Assembly (NCBI GenBank): GCA_001771135.1
Contig: MESW01000008.1
Coordinates: 87,630-151,629 of the forward strand
DNA: 64,000 bases
Source: a candidate division CPR3 bacterium GWF2_35_18
GTDB lineage: Bacteria > Patescibacteriota > CPR3 > GWF2-35-18
Direction of reading: 5' to 3'
A program made the translations under genes and the position numbers. Positions 38,838-49,588 of the stretch are shown piece by piece. Each line of letters opens with the position of its first letter. Positions within the stretch are counted from its first letter, which is position 1. The notes below the pieces were generated by a model. The model did not search any database and was not told the origin of the DNA. It worked only from the letters and a program-made list of their open reading frames with translations.

Positions 38838-39954
38838 AGTAGAAAGGTTTTTTTTCTTTGTCGATATCTAAAAATACTTTTGTGAATTTTCCAAAAGATC
38901 TTTTTAAATCTATTAAATATTTTAAATCGAATGTATTGTTATTACTCAAAACTGGAACACTATGGTACGGTAGTTTATCAATATCTTTACGAATTGGAAT
39001 AATTCCTAGTCTATTGAATTTTGGAGATACAGATAAAGGTAAGCTATGTGGTACTGTTTTTTGAAGATAATCAATATCATCTCTAACCTTCAAATAAGCA
39101 AAATAGCTAAAGATACATTTATGTGTTTTTTCTTTAAGTGAATTTCTTATTTCTGAAGCCTTTGGAGAAATCTCATCGTCAGATAATTTTGTATTATAAA
39201 CATCCATTAATATTTTCTCTTCATTATCAGTAGTAAATACAATTTTATAAATTACCGGAAATACTGAATTGTATTTTTCTAAAAAATCTGTATTTCTATC
39301 TTCATAAAGTTTTTTGTATTCAGAGATTCTTTTATCCATTTTTTCAGAGAAATCAGGAACAGTTTTTTCCATCTCCGATAAATCAATAATATTCACACTT
39401 TTTGATAATTTTAATTGACTGTTTAATTCTTCTAAAAAAACCCTATATGCTATCCAGTTAGCTTTTGGTACTCCAGTAAATGGTCCAAACCCTCCTTCTG
39501 TAAAAAGTGTAATTCTAGCCCCATTCTTGTAAATATTCGTAATAAGTTTGGTGATAACTGAAAGTCTATGTAGAGCAAGGACTTCTCCCATGTCAGGAAA
39601 GATTCTATTGGTTTTCAATGGAACAGGGATTTTAAACGGAAAACCTAAGATTGTAAATTGTATAGGTAGATTTTTACTCGTAAAATATGAAATTCTTTCT
39701 ATCCATTTTTTAATATTAGAATTAATAAATTCCACTGGTCCAAAACGATAGTTTTCATCTTGAAATATTGATAATATCTTTTCTTCAATTGAAGTGCCTG
39801 TAATTTGGGGAATTGGAATTAATATTCTATTTTCTAGAAAATCTGCAATGTCATTGATACTGACTATTTTTTCTTGAATAAAATTGTTCCGTAAATTTTT
39901 ATTTGAAAGCTCTTCAAAGTCAATTGAAGGATAAACATGAGGATTTGATTTCAT
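38821..39954 (-). CDS. Hypothetical protein (377 aa); distant paralog of the 41664-42728 protein
   Basis: Shared core blocks with the other copy: PIQFTILGFPFKIPVPLK / PVPITISFAVGSRMPNLLK and GARITLFTEGGFGPFTGVP / GMQILLFDEATLFAGVIPG. Confidence 0.5.
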   Translation of the reverse strand: MKSNPHVYPSIDFEELSNKNLRNNFIQEKIVSINDIADFLENRILIPIPQITGTSIEEKILSIFQDENYRFGPVEFINSNIKKWIERISYFTSKNLPIQFTILGFPFKIPVPLKTNRIFPDMGEVLALHRLSVITKLITNIYKNGARITLFTEGGFGPFTGVPKANWIAYRVFLEELNSQLKLSKSVNIIDLSEMEKTVPDFSEKMDKRISEYKKLYEDRNTDFLEKYNSVFPVIYKIVFTTDNEEKILMDVYNTKLSDDEISPKASEIRNSLKEKTHKCIFSYFAYLKVRDDIDYLQKTVPHSLPLSVSPKFNRLGIIPIRKDIDKLPYHSVPVLSNNNTFDLKYLIDLKRSFGKFTKVFLDIDKEKKPFYYEKIK

Positions 39955-40733
39955 AAGATTTCCTTAAAAATATTATCTAAATTTTCTAAAACTATATCAG
40001 CTTTTTGTTTTACTTGTGAAGTGGCAGTTCTTAAAGCAACATTAAGTCCAAAATTTTTGTCAAAAATAGGCAGATCATCATCATCATGAGCAAAGACCAT
40101 GATTTCATTTTTTGAAATGTTTAAATGTGTTCCTAAAATAAAAGCCGCTTGTTTTTTAGAAACTCCAGGATTAACAAAATTAATGTTTCCATTGTCATGA
40201 ACAGCGTTTGATTTTATGGGAGGCTTAGGGTTATTAAAAGTTATAATGGCGATTTGAGAAGGATGTTTTCTATAAGCCAACTCAAAAAGATTCTCAATAT
40301 TTCGATAAATTTTAATCTTAATATTTGGAATTGATTCAAGAAATTCGTCTTTTCTATTAGGTTTAATAAATGCATAAAGTTGGGTGTGATTTGGATCCCA
40401 AAAGCCGATAAACTTGATTTCGTTATGATAACGATAAATATAGTTTTCGATTCTTTCAATCTCGATATTTTCTAGAGACGAAAAAAAGAGATTCTTTCTT
40501 TTGCTATCACAAATACAGCTGCCATCAGATATTATTAATGGAGCATTTAATTTTAGGTCATTTAGCTCATGATGAGTTGTTAAGAATCCTCTTCCTGTAG
40601 CTACAGTACAGTAAATTCCTTTATCTTGGATTTTTTTAATAATTTTTTTAGTTTGAATGTCAATTTTTACATGTTTTTGTTTTAAAGTACCATCAATGTC
40701 AAAAACACATAATCTAATATTTTTTTTATTCAT
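39951..40733 (-). CDS. HAD-superfamily hydrolase (Cof-like, subfamily IIB)
   Basis: Motif I LCVFDIDGTL. C-terminal cap and GDDDND-like motif. Confidence 0.75.
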   Translation of the reverse strand: MNKKNIRLCVFDIDGTLKQKHVKIDIQTKKIIKKIQDKGIYCTVATGRGFLTTHHELNDLKLNAPLIISDGSCICDSKRKNLFFSSLENIEIERIENYIYRYHNEIKFIGFWDPNHTQLYAFIKPNRKDEFLESIPNIKIKIYRNIENLFELAYRKHPSQIAIITFNNPKPPIKSNAVHDNGNINFVNPGVSKKQAAFILGTHLNISKNEIMVFAHDDDDLPIFDKNFGLNVALRTATSQVKQKADIVLENLDNIFKEIL

Positions 40734-41517
40734 AATTTATTAATTTTTCAAGAAATAGTGGCAAATCTTTCGGTCCTTCAATCTGTTCTATAGCCTGATT
40801 TTTCAGTTTAGTATTACCTTTTCCAACCAATACGAAATTTTCTGCAAATTCGGCCATGGAAAGATCGTTATCATCATCACCAAAAACCATGATTTCTTTA
40901 GTTTTAATTTTATAATTACTACAAAGTTTCTGAATTCCAGATTTTTTAGAAATATCCTTATTTACAAAGTTTAAAGTATCATCGTTATAAGTAGCGTTAT
41001 ATTGACCATTTAATTCCAACTTCTTTATGGTTTTAATAAATAGCAGAGATGGTTTATCTTTGGGAAGATCTTCAATAAAGCAATTATTATTTGAGTAAAA
41101 TTTATATTTTAAATAAGGATATTCTTTAACAAGATTCTCTTTTCCCTTTTCAGAAATAGCAATATGCAGTGTATGATCTTTAGGGTGCCAATAACCGTTA
41201 AAAATGATTGATTCTCTATATTTTTTAATGAAATCAGCTGCTTGTTCGACTATTTCCTTTTCTAAAGGGGAAATAAAAAGGGTATTTTTGTTATTATCAA
41301 TCATGCAGCTGCCATCCAGAATAACGTATGGAGCGCTATAAGTTATTTTTGATATTGCGTTAATAGTCGTATCATGTCCGCGTCCAGTGGCGACAGTATA
41401 GAAAATATTTTCTTTTTGTAGTTTGTGTATAGTTTCAATTAGCTTTTTTGATATCGGCTTTCCCTTTTCTTTCAAGGTTCCGTCAATATCAAAAACACAA
41501 AGTTTAATTTTATTCAT
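40726..41517 (-). CDS. HAD-superfamily hydrolase (Cof-like), tandem paralog
   Basis: MNKIKLCVFDIDGTLKE. FGDDDNDLSMAE motif. Confidence 0.75.
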   Translation of the reverse strand: MNKIKLCVFDIDGTLKEKGKPISKKLIETIHKLQKENIFYTVATGRGHDTTINAISKITYSAPYVILDGSCMIDNNKNTLFISPLEKEIVEQAADFIKKYRESIIFNGYWHPKDHTLHIAISEKGKENLVKEYPYLKYKFYSNNNCFIEDLPKDKPSLLFIKTIKKLELNGQYNATYNDDTLNFVNKDISKKSGIQKLCSNYKIKTKEIMVFGDDDNDLSMAEFAENFVLVGKGNTKLKNQAIEQIEGPKDLPLFLEKLINYE

Positions 41518-41565
41518 AATTACTTCTTTAACTAAAATATTAACATATTTAATTTTTTAGAGAAG

Positions 41566-41611
41566 AAGGGGATGAAGCTGCAATGTAAATACATTGAAGA
41601 TTCATCCCTTT
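41566..41611 (-). terminator. Hairpin downstream of the GC-rich 354-aa gene (putative terminator)
   Basis: AAGGGGATGAA/TTCATCCCCTT 11-bp stem enclosing a CAATGTA/TACATTG sub-palindrome. Confidence 0.45.
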
Positions 41612-41663
41612 ATGGGGGTTAGTCTCTCATCTCCTTCTTCTTGTTGAATCTCAGCAAAAAAAC

Positions 41664-42728
41664 TTACTTGCCGAGGTAATAAAATACGAACGGTACACCT
41701 TGTGTACCAAATTCGTTGGGAGAAATTCGAACCGGGATAGCGCCAGGGTGTTCACGTTGGAGCCGATATTCCGGAACAATATGGACGACGAGTCGTCCAT
41801 TCGCATCTCGATAAACCACTGGCATCCCATGATTAGTTAAAACCTTGGTGACATCAATGACCACTCTCTCACTTTTGTCGGTGATGCATGCGTTGATGTG
41901 GTTTTGGAAGCCGAGATCATTTAAGAGTCGTTCAAAGAGCCGGTTCTGTTTGCGGAGTGCCAGAGTGCGTAATACCCGTTCAGACAGAGTGATTGCCGTT
42001 TGCCATGTTTCTTCACCGATGAGCATTCGTAGTACAAGATAGTCTTTGGCTCGATTGGTATAGAGAGGATCCATGGCATCGGGATTGGTCATCCCTGGAT
42101 AACAGCAGGCCATGGCGTAGGTAATGGCATCATGACTAGACATGGGGATATGTTGAGCCTGTTCCCAGGGAAGCATTTCTGGAGTCATGGGGATAATGGT
42201 GATAGGCGCTCCGATTGCAGTTATGATTTGATTGAAATACTGAAGTTGTCTTTCAACATCTTCAGCTACAATTCCAGGAATCACTCCTGCAAATAGGGTT
42301 GCTTCGTCAAAGAGTAAGATTTGCATTCCAGGTTTATAGATTCTTTGGATCTTTTCGTTGATGAAGCGGAATACCCAAGCCATGTGGAGCCAACCTAAAG
42401 TTGGATAAGCAATCAGTTCTTTAAACTTGAGAAGATTCGGCATCCGTGATCCGACCGCAAAGGAAATTGTAATGGGTACCGGTTGCTGTAGATTAATTGC
42501 CTGTTGAATAACATCCCAAAGACGGATTTTTTCATCGTCGGAGAGTTTAATGCAATTTTCAGTGTGTCCGAGGATGATTTTTAGGACAGCCATAGCAGTG
42601 TCCGTTTCCTTGGGTAAATGGTATTGATCCATCCGCCAGCCAAGGAGACTTTCCAAAAAGGCAACTTCGGTTGCCAATGTGGTCATTCCATTGGTGTGCG
42701 GCAGTATGATGGATGGTCGAGCGTTCAC
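41664..42728 (-). CDS. Hypothetical protein (354 aa), GC-richer; paralog of 38821-39954
   Basis: GTG start with AGGAGGTG SD 5 nt upstream. Composition clearly differs from the flanking AT-rich genes. Confidence 0.55.
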   Translation of the reverse strand: MNARPSIILPHTNGMTTLATEVAFLESLLGWRMDQYHLPKETDTAMAVLKIILGHTENCIKLSDDEKIRLWDVIQQAINLQQPVPITISFAVGSRMPNLLKFKELIAYPTLGWLHMAWVFRFINEKIQRIYKPGMQILLFDEATLFAGVIPGIVAEDVERQLQYFNQIITAIGAPITIIPMTPEMLPWEQAQHIPMSSHDAITYAMACCYPGMTNPDAMDPLYTNRAKDYLVLRMLIGEETWQTAITLSERVLRTLALRKQNRLFERLLNDLGFQNHINACITDKSERVVIDVTKVLTNHGMPVVYRDANGRLVVHIVPEYRLQREHPGAIPVRISPNEFGTQGVPFVFYYLGK

Positions 42729-43733
42729 AAAACACCTCCTAAGGAATTAATGGTGAGCTAACTTGCCGCCCACCTGATCCGCAGGGGGCGGATTAGTGAA
42801 TTCCGTTATTAGCGGGATTTTCGAGGATATTTATTGCTATAGTACCTTCGTTGATTTTTACGCCCTCCTTCTTTGGGTCGTTTTGAATATCTTCCAATAC
42901 CTCTCGGGGCAATTTTTTTACACATTACATTCTCTCCAAATGGGGTTTTACTCTTCCAGATAGAGTATATAAAAGGCTTAAGGTTAGACTTTGCCATCAA
43001 GCATGTATTTTCGAGTATCTCTGGTAATACTCTAGTTATCTTTTTTAGGTCATAGCTGACTAGGCTGTATCAAAAGATAACGATTTTAATGTAAGTCGAT
43101 TCTCCTTTGGTCTATTGACCAGAATTTCCCTTACGGGTTCATAAAACAGGCCTCCATTTTTGGTGGGGGAAAAGATTTGGTAGCTAGAAATAGGTTTATT
43201 ATCTACCCTATCTTTTTCCCCACCAAGATAATTGCTTGATGGATTTTAAAATTTATTTTTTAGGTGCAAAAATTTTATCTTTCGAATAAAATGAGGAATT
43301 TATAATTATTTTTACTTCTCATTTTGTCTAAAGGATAAAATCCTTTATATTTATTTAGATCTAACTAAAAAAACCTCCATTTTTAGGGAGGTTTTAATTG
43401 CTTTTTTATTTAGTTTGTTTTAGTTCCTACATACCTCCCCAAAGATTAATGCCTACAAAAAGGACCATAATAAGGCAAATGATGACAAAAAGATAAGTCA
43501 TCCAATCAATGGATCGGACCTGGGTGGTAGCATTTATATGAGATGGATTTGATTTCGTGTTAGATGTCATTTTTACAAATAATAATAAAACCTGATGGGA
43601 CAAGCTTCTACATATTTTGCCAAAAGGTCTTTGATTTGTCAAGCAGAAATACTGTGAGTACTTTTTTATAAATATTAAATGAGGAGAGGCATTTTTAAAT
43701 TATATTTAAAAATGCCTCTTATAAAAGGCGGTG

Positions 43734-44171
43734 TTAATCTTGTTTATGTTGCAAGCGATAGCTGCGATGTTCGAAGGCTTTTTTTACTTCTAGAAGTAAC
43801 GATCGTTGATTGTAATATTGTCCCATAAACCAATGTATGCCCATTCCCATGGCTTCTCGGCCAATAGTCCAGTCTGTCCCGAATTCTGGATCAGTTGGTA
43901 CAACCGCTACTGTGAATCGATGTAAACCTTTTAGATCTGCCTTGATCTTTTGGAGCAGGGCGATTGTTTTTGGATGATTCATTTTTTCCACAATGATAAA
44001 GATAACGTCAGCTTTGCAGATGTCATCGTCCGTCATAGTTTCATAATGAACCATTTTTACGGTATGCTGGAATTCTTTCACAATGAGTGTTTCTAAGTCA
44101 TGTGCCAGCACACTTCGGTGACCGTGAAGTATCGTTATGTTGAGATGAGAGGAATTAACATTATCGTTCAT
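43734..44171 (-). CDS. Hypothetical small protein, receiver (CheY)-like topology
   Basis: 145 aa with an alternating hydrophobic-strand and helix pattern. Paralogous to the next ORF. Confidence 0.4.
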   Translation of the reverse strand: MNDNVNSSHLNITILHGHRSVLAHDLETLIVKEFQHTVKMVHYETMTDDDICKADVIFIIVEKMNHPKTIALLQKIKADLKGLHRFTVAVVPTDPEFGTDWTIGREAMGMGIHWFMGQYYNQRSLLLEVKKAFEHRSYRLQHKQD

Positions 44172-44202
44172 TTACGGAAATCCTTTCTGTCTGAAGTGGT
44201 TA

Positions 44203-44637
44203 TTAATCAAGGCGATTTCTTGTAGGTCTTGTTATTGCAATAAGGCGATCCATGGTTTCAAATGCTTCTTGAAGTTCTTGTTCTAATTCCTTTCCGGAAT
44301 AGGTCCCGATGAAATAATGTGCTCCGAAAGCAATAGCCTTTCGGCCTAAATTATAATCAATCACTTGTAGATCGTTAACATCAACGACGGCAATGATATA
44401 TCTGATCATGCCACGAACGATGGTTCTAATTGTAGTCAGTAATGTTAAAATTCGTTGGTTGTTGTTTTGAGGGGTGACGACCATAAAGACGTCATAGGCG
44501 ACTAATAGTGATGCAGCGATATTGTCAAACTGCATGATTGTAACGTGAAATCCAAAGGATTTTAATAAGGAGGAAAGTTCTTCACAAAAATCACAATGAT
44601 CTTCATGAATGAGAATTAGGTCTAGATCATAGTTCAT
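44203..44637 (-). CDS. Hypothetical small protein, receiver-like (tandem paralog)
   Basis: 144 aa. LDLILIHED...DVFMVV...IIAVVD pattern. Confidence 0.4.
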   Translation of the reverse strand: MNYDLDLILIHEDHCDFCEELSSLLKSFGFHVTIMQFDNIAASLLVAYDVFMVVTPQNNNQRILTLLTTIRTIVRGMIRYIIAVVDVNDLQVIDYNLGRKAIAFGAHYFIGTYSGKELEQELQEAFETMDRLIAITRPTRNRLD

Positions 44638-44985
44638 TGATTTTGTTCTCCGTTTGTCAAGGTTTGTTGTTTAATTCAATCACAACATCTGTTTCGATAG
44701 TCTGTCTCCTGTTTTGAAATATAACGAATACGATGGTTACCCAAATATTTATTCATTGGGGAAATTTAAAGCCAAAAATTAGTTTCAAATCCCCCCAATG
44801 AAATATTCAAGGTGCAAGCTAATTGAAAGATTTAACATCAGAGTTTATAAAAAAGGTTAGTCGAGAAATCCTATTGCTCAAAGAGATCTCAACTAACCTT
44901 TTTAAGGTCTCTCTCCTTTATTTATTAACTATTACCATTACAGTATTAGATTGTCAAGAATTTATTTTACATTAACGTATAGATA

Positions 44986-46251
44986 ATGAGTGGAAATTCT
45001 GATAAAATGATATTTCCCATCAGAGAGTTAAAATCCCCATTTTATTCAAAGACAGAAAGGAGAAGATCCAGAGACAAAGTAAACTTTGCTAGTTTTCAAA
45101 TATCAACCCTCAAAAATTTCGTTCATTCAGTTAGAAAGGAGACTACTGTGGCTGGAAAATTGCCTGATCAATCTTTGTATGGGTTCCTACCAGAAAGTGG
45201 ACAGTTATCACTTGGTCCTTTGTCTGTGATCCAAGGCATTCACTATTCACGATGTGTCTGGGGAGGGTTGACACTCGTTCCGCTAGATTCAACATGGACG
45301 AGATTTAATATTTTAGACGTCGTTGCTCCGGATGATCACCTCATGCGGCCGTTTTGGCACCCAATAATTCAGGATCTGGGAGTTTCAGGACATCTTCTGC
45401 GGTTCTGTGATTCCATGCTCAAGATGGGAATGGTAATAGATCCTCGATACACAGGGATTGATATTGATTACCATAATCCAGAATATTGGCTCCAAATGAT
45501 CTATTTTATAAAAGACCTTATTGAGAAGATGATCAAAGCAAACAAAGAAAACCTTCTCAACCTCAAAAATACATCATGGGATCGTGTTTATATTCGGCCC
45601 ATGGCCTTATGCCAAGCACAAGGAATTGGTCCAGTTCAACCAGACATCGCACATCCCACTATGGCTGATTTGTATCTCATAGCCCAAGCTTTCGCTGATT
45701 ATGGCAAAAGGGATGCGGTTTTGGTCCGTGCTCCAAGAGCTCTGGCCACGATTACCGGTACCATCAAGATGTCCGGTAACTACGGGTCATATCTGACGTT
45801 GAAGAAGATAGCTCTCGATGCTGCTAAATTAGTTGGCATTGAGGCCGATGACTGTTACCAGGTCAAGTACGACATTAATGGTAGATTAGTCCTCGGAGAA
45901 GCTAGTACCTGTGCCCTGGGTACAGTTTTTCAAAGAAAGTCGGGACCCAAGTTAATCGTTCCAGATCCACTATCCACGGATACCTTACCTAGCTTTACGG
46001 CACGATGGGTCATCAGACTAGCTCAAGAGCAACTCGGGATTAATGCTGGCTATGGAGCCATTCCAATTCGTCAATTTGAGGAAGAAGTTCTTGAACTTAT
46101 GCGATGCGGAAACGCTACACGCGTTAAACCTGTTAGTGCTATTGGCCGTCGTCCGTTAGTCACGGAAATCGGTAACCAAATCTCCGTATTATACGAAAAA
46201 GTTGTTCGCGGAGAACTTTATCCCGAACACTCAACTGTAATTCAAATTTAA
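44986..46251 (+). CDS. Fold-type IV PLP-dependent aminotransferase-like protein (BCAT/D-aaT/ADC-lyase family) with about 170-aa N-terminal extension
   Basis: C-terminal 250 aa collinear with E. coli IlvE: YIRP..., TIKMSGNYGSYL (against AAKAGGNYLSSL, with the Lys), DINGRLVLGEAST...IVPDP (against DVNGYISEGAGENLF...FTPP), LPSFTARWVIRLAQE. Confidence 0.6.
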   Translation: MSGNSDKMIFPIRELKSPFYSKTERRRSRDKVNFASFQISTLKNFVHSVRKETTVAGKLPDQSLYGFLPESGQLSLGPLSVIQGIHYSRCVWGGLTLVPLDSTWTRFNILDVVAPDDHLMRPFWHPIIQDLGVSGHLLRFCDSMLKMGMVIDPRYTGIDIDYHNPEYWLQMIYFIKDLIEKMIKANKENLLNLKNTSWDRVYIRPMALCQAQGIGPVQPDIAHPTMADLYLIAQAFADYGKRDAVLVRAPRALATITGTIKMSGNYGSYLTLKKIALDAAKLVGIEADDCYQVKYDINGRLVLGEASTCALGTVFQRKSGPKLIVPDPLSTDTLPSFTARWVIRLAQEQLGINAGYGAIPIRQFEEEVLELMRCGNATRVKPVSAIGRRPLVTEIGNQISVLYEKVVRGELYPEHSTVIQI

Positions 46252-46270
46252 CTTTCACTTTTTCACCTAT

Positions 46271-46307
46271 GGAGGGGGGACGTAACAAGCTTACTTGTTC
46301 CCCCTCC
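46271..46307 (+). terminator. Rho-independent terminator after the aminotransferase-like gene
   Basis: GGAGGGGG.../...CCCCCTCC stem with an inner ACAAG/CTTGT pair, followed by a T-rich tract. Confidence 0.6.
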
Positions 46308-46362
46308 TTGAAATTTTCATTTAATGTTTACTTATTACTGATTGTTATTCTATAATAAAATT

Positions 46363-47742
46363 ATGAATTTCTTAGACGCACTATCCCCTCTTGATGGTCG
46401 TTACTTATCTCTTACCTCTTGCCTACGTCCTTATTTTTCCGAAAAAGCTTTAATTTACTATCGAATTTATATTGAAATTTCGTATGTGGTTTCGTTAGTA
46501 AGATTTTTAAATGTTGAAAGAATCAGCAAGCAAGAAGAGAAAAAATTATTTGTCTGGGTAAAAAATCTTTCGGAACGCGATTTTGCCAAAGTGAAAGAAA
46601 TTGAGTCAGAAACTAAACATGATGTCAAAGCGGTTGAATATTTTATCCGTAAGAATCTCCCAAAATTAAAATTGCAAAAATTATCACCTTGGATTCACTG
46701 GGGAGTCACTTCTGAAGACATTAATAATTTAGCTTTTTCGCTAATGACTCAGAAAGCCAAAGAGGAAATCTTGCTACCTCAAATTAAAGAGATTATCTCC
46801 AAACTCCTAGAGCTTTCGGAAAAATATCTTGATGTTATGATGCCGGCCCGTACCCACGGACAGATTGCGGTTCCCACGACATTGGGAAAAGAGCTTGTGG
46901 TTTTTGCCTCACGATTAAGTTATTTTTATGAAAAATTAGTAGATTTGAAACTGGGTGGGAAGTTAAACGGTGCGGTTGGTAATTTCAATTCTTTTCAAAA
47001 ACTTTATCCCCAAAAAGATTGGGTGAATTTTAGCAAACAGTTTGTTGAGAATTTAAGTCTGAATTTTAGTTTAATAACAACCCAAATTGAACCAGCTACC
47101 AAATTAGTTTACATGTTAGACTTGATCCGACAGGTAAACAATGTTTTTTTAAATTTAGCCAAAGATTGTTGGTTATATATAAGCTACGATTACTTAATGC
47201 AAGAAGTTGTAAAAAGCGAAACTGGTTCTTCGACCATGCCACACAAAGTAAATCCTATTAATTTTGAAAATGCTGAAGGAAATTTTGACCTAAGCAATAG
47301 TTTGTTGTTTGCTCTTTCGAATAAATTTCCCCTCTCACGTCTGCAAAGAGATTTATCCGGAAGTACGGTAATGAGAAATATTGGAGTCGCTTTTGGATAT
47401 ATGGTGGTTGCTTTAAAAAATGTAATGCGTGGTTTACAAAAAATTTCTCCGAATAAAGAATTATTAAAAAACGAAATTATTGGCCATCCAGAGATGATGA
47501 GTGAAGCTTTGCAACTTTATCTTAAGGTTCATGGACAAGAAAAAGCTTATGAAAAAGTGAAAGAAAAAGTGAGAGGCAAAAAGATAACTTGGGAAGAGAT
47601 GATTTCTGGTTTACCAATAAAATTTCACAAGGAGTTAGAAAATTGGAAAGTAGAAAATTACTTAGGATTGGCGGATAAGATTACAAAGACAGAGATCAAA
47701 AGAATTAGGAAAATTTTATACTCGAATAAAAATCCTAAATAA
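46363..47742 (+). CDS. purB: Adenylosuccinate lyase
   Basis: N-terminus MNFLDALSPLDGRY. Fumarate-lyase signature GSSTMPHKVNPI. The track ORF begins at a TTG at 46342. Confidence 0.85.
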   Translation: MNFLDALSPLDGRYLSLTSCLRPYFSEKALIYYRIYIEISYVVSLVRFLNVERISKQEEKKLFVWVKNLSERDFAKVKEIESETKHDVKAVEYFIRKNLPKLKLQKLSPWIHWGVTSEDINNLAFSLMTQKAKEEILLPQIKEIISKLLELSEKYLDVMMPARTHGQIAVPTTLGKELVVFASRLSYFYEKLVDLKLGGKLNGAVGNFNSFQKLYPQKDWVNFSKQFVENLSLNFSLITTQIEPATKLVYMLDLIRQVNNVFLNLAKDCWLYISYDYLMQEVVKSETGSSTMPHKVNPINFENAEGNFDLSNSLLFALSNKFPLSRLQRDLSGSTVMRNIGVAFGYMVVALKNVMRGLQKISPNKELLKNEIIGHPEMMSEALQLYLKVHGQEKAYEKVKEKVRGKKITWEEMISGLPIKFHKELENWKVENYLGLADKITKTEIKRIRKILYSNKNPK

Positions 47743-47747
47743 TTTAA

Positions 47748-49085
<1,338 letters not shown>

Positions 49086-49091
49086 AAAAAA

Positions 49092-49583
49092 CTATTTTAT
49101 CACTTCTTTGGCTTTTTGAAGGAAATGGAGATCTCTTTTTTGGATAAACTTTCCTTCGTAATCAGTTGGCTGATCTTTTTGGAGTTGAGCGATCGCTTCA
49201 TCCAAGGTAATCCAGATTAGTCTGAAACCTTCGTCAATTTCGCTTTGTTCAAAGTGAGGAGTTCCTTTGCTGATAATTTTTCCATAGTAGCAGTGTGATG
49301 TTTGATGAAGGTTCCACTCTCCTCGATACTCAACGATTATCCCTATTTCACCGTTAACTTCAATTTCACTTCCGACCTCTTCCATCACTTCCCTTTTTAA
49401 AGCTTCAAGTACCGTTTCTCCTTTGTCGATTCCACCACCGGGTAGTTTATGGTATTTATATTTTGAAACATAAAGAATGGGAATTAAATTATTTCCATCA
49501 AAAAGGACAGCTCGTGAAGCGCTACGCTTTTTGACATTTTTAGCCGGAATCTCTTGGTCTTTAATTGTTTCGAGTAATTGCAT
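49092..49583 (-). CDS. NUDIX hydrolase
   Basis: Nudix box GGGIDKGETVLEALKREVMEEVG. Confidence 0.8.
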   Translation of the reverse strand: MQLLETIKDQEIPAKNVKKRSASRAVLFDGNNLIPILYVSKYKYHKLPGGGIDKGETVLEALKREVMEEVGSEIEVNGEIGIIVEYRGEWNLHQTSHCYYGKIISKGTPHFEQSEIDEGFRLIWITLDEAIAQLQKDQPTDYEGKFIQKRDLHFLQKAKEVIK

Positions 49584-49588
49584 GTAAT

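Noticed and set aside
38821-42728. Firm assignment of the paralog pair to the DIT1/PvcA isonitrile-synthase family.
   Set aside because: Based only on vague motif recall. Kept as a hypothesis to test, not a call.
42809-43642. Small ORFs 42809-43000(-), 42873-43055(+), 43427-43642(-).
   Set aside because: Lie in a hairpin-rich non-coding region, with basic low-complexity translations and no RBS. More likely non-coding.
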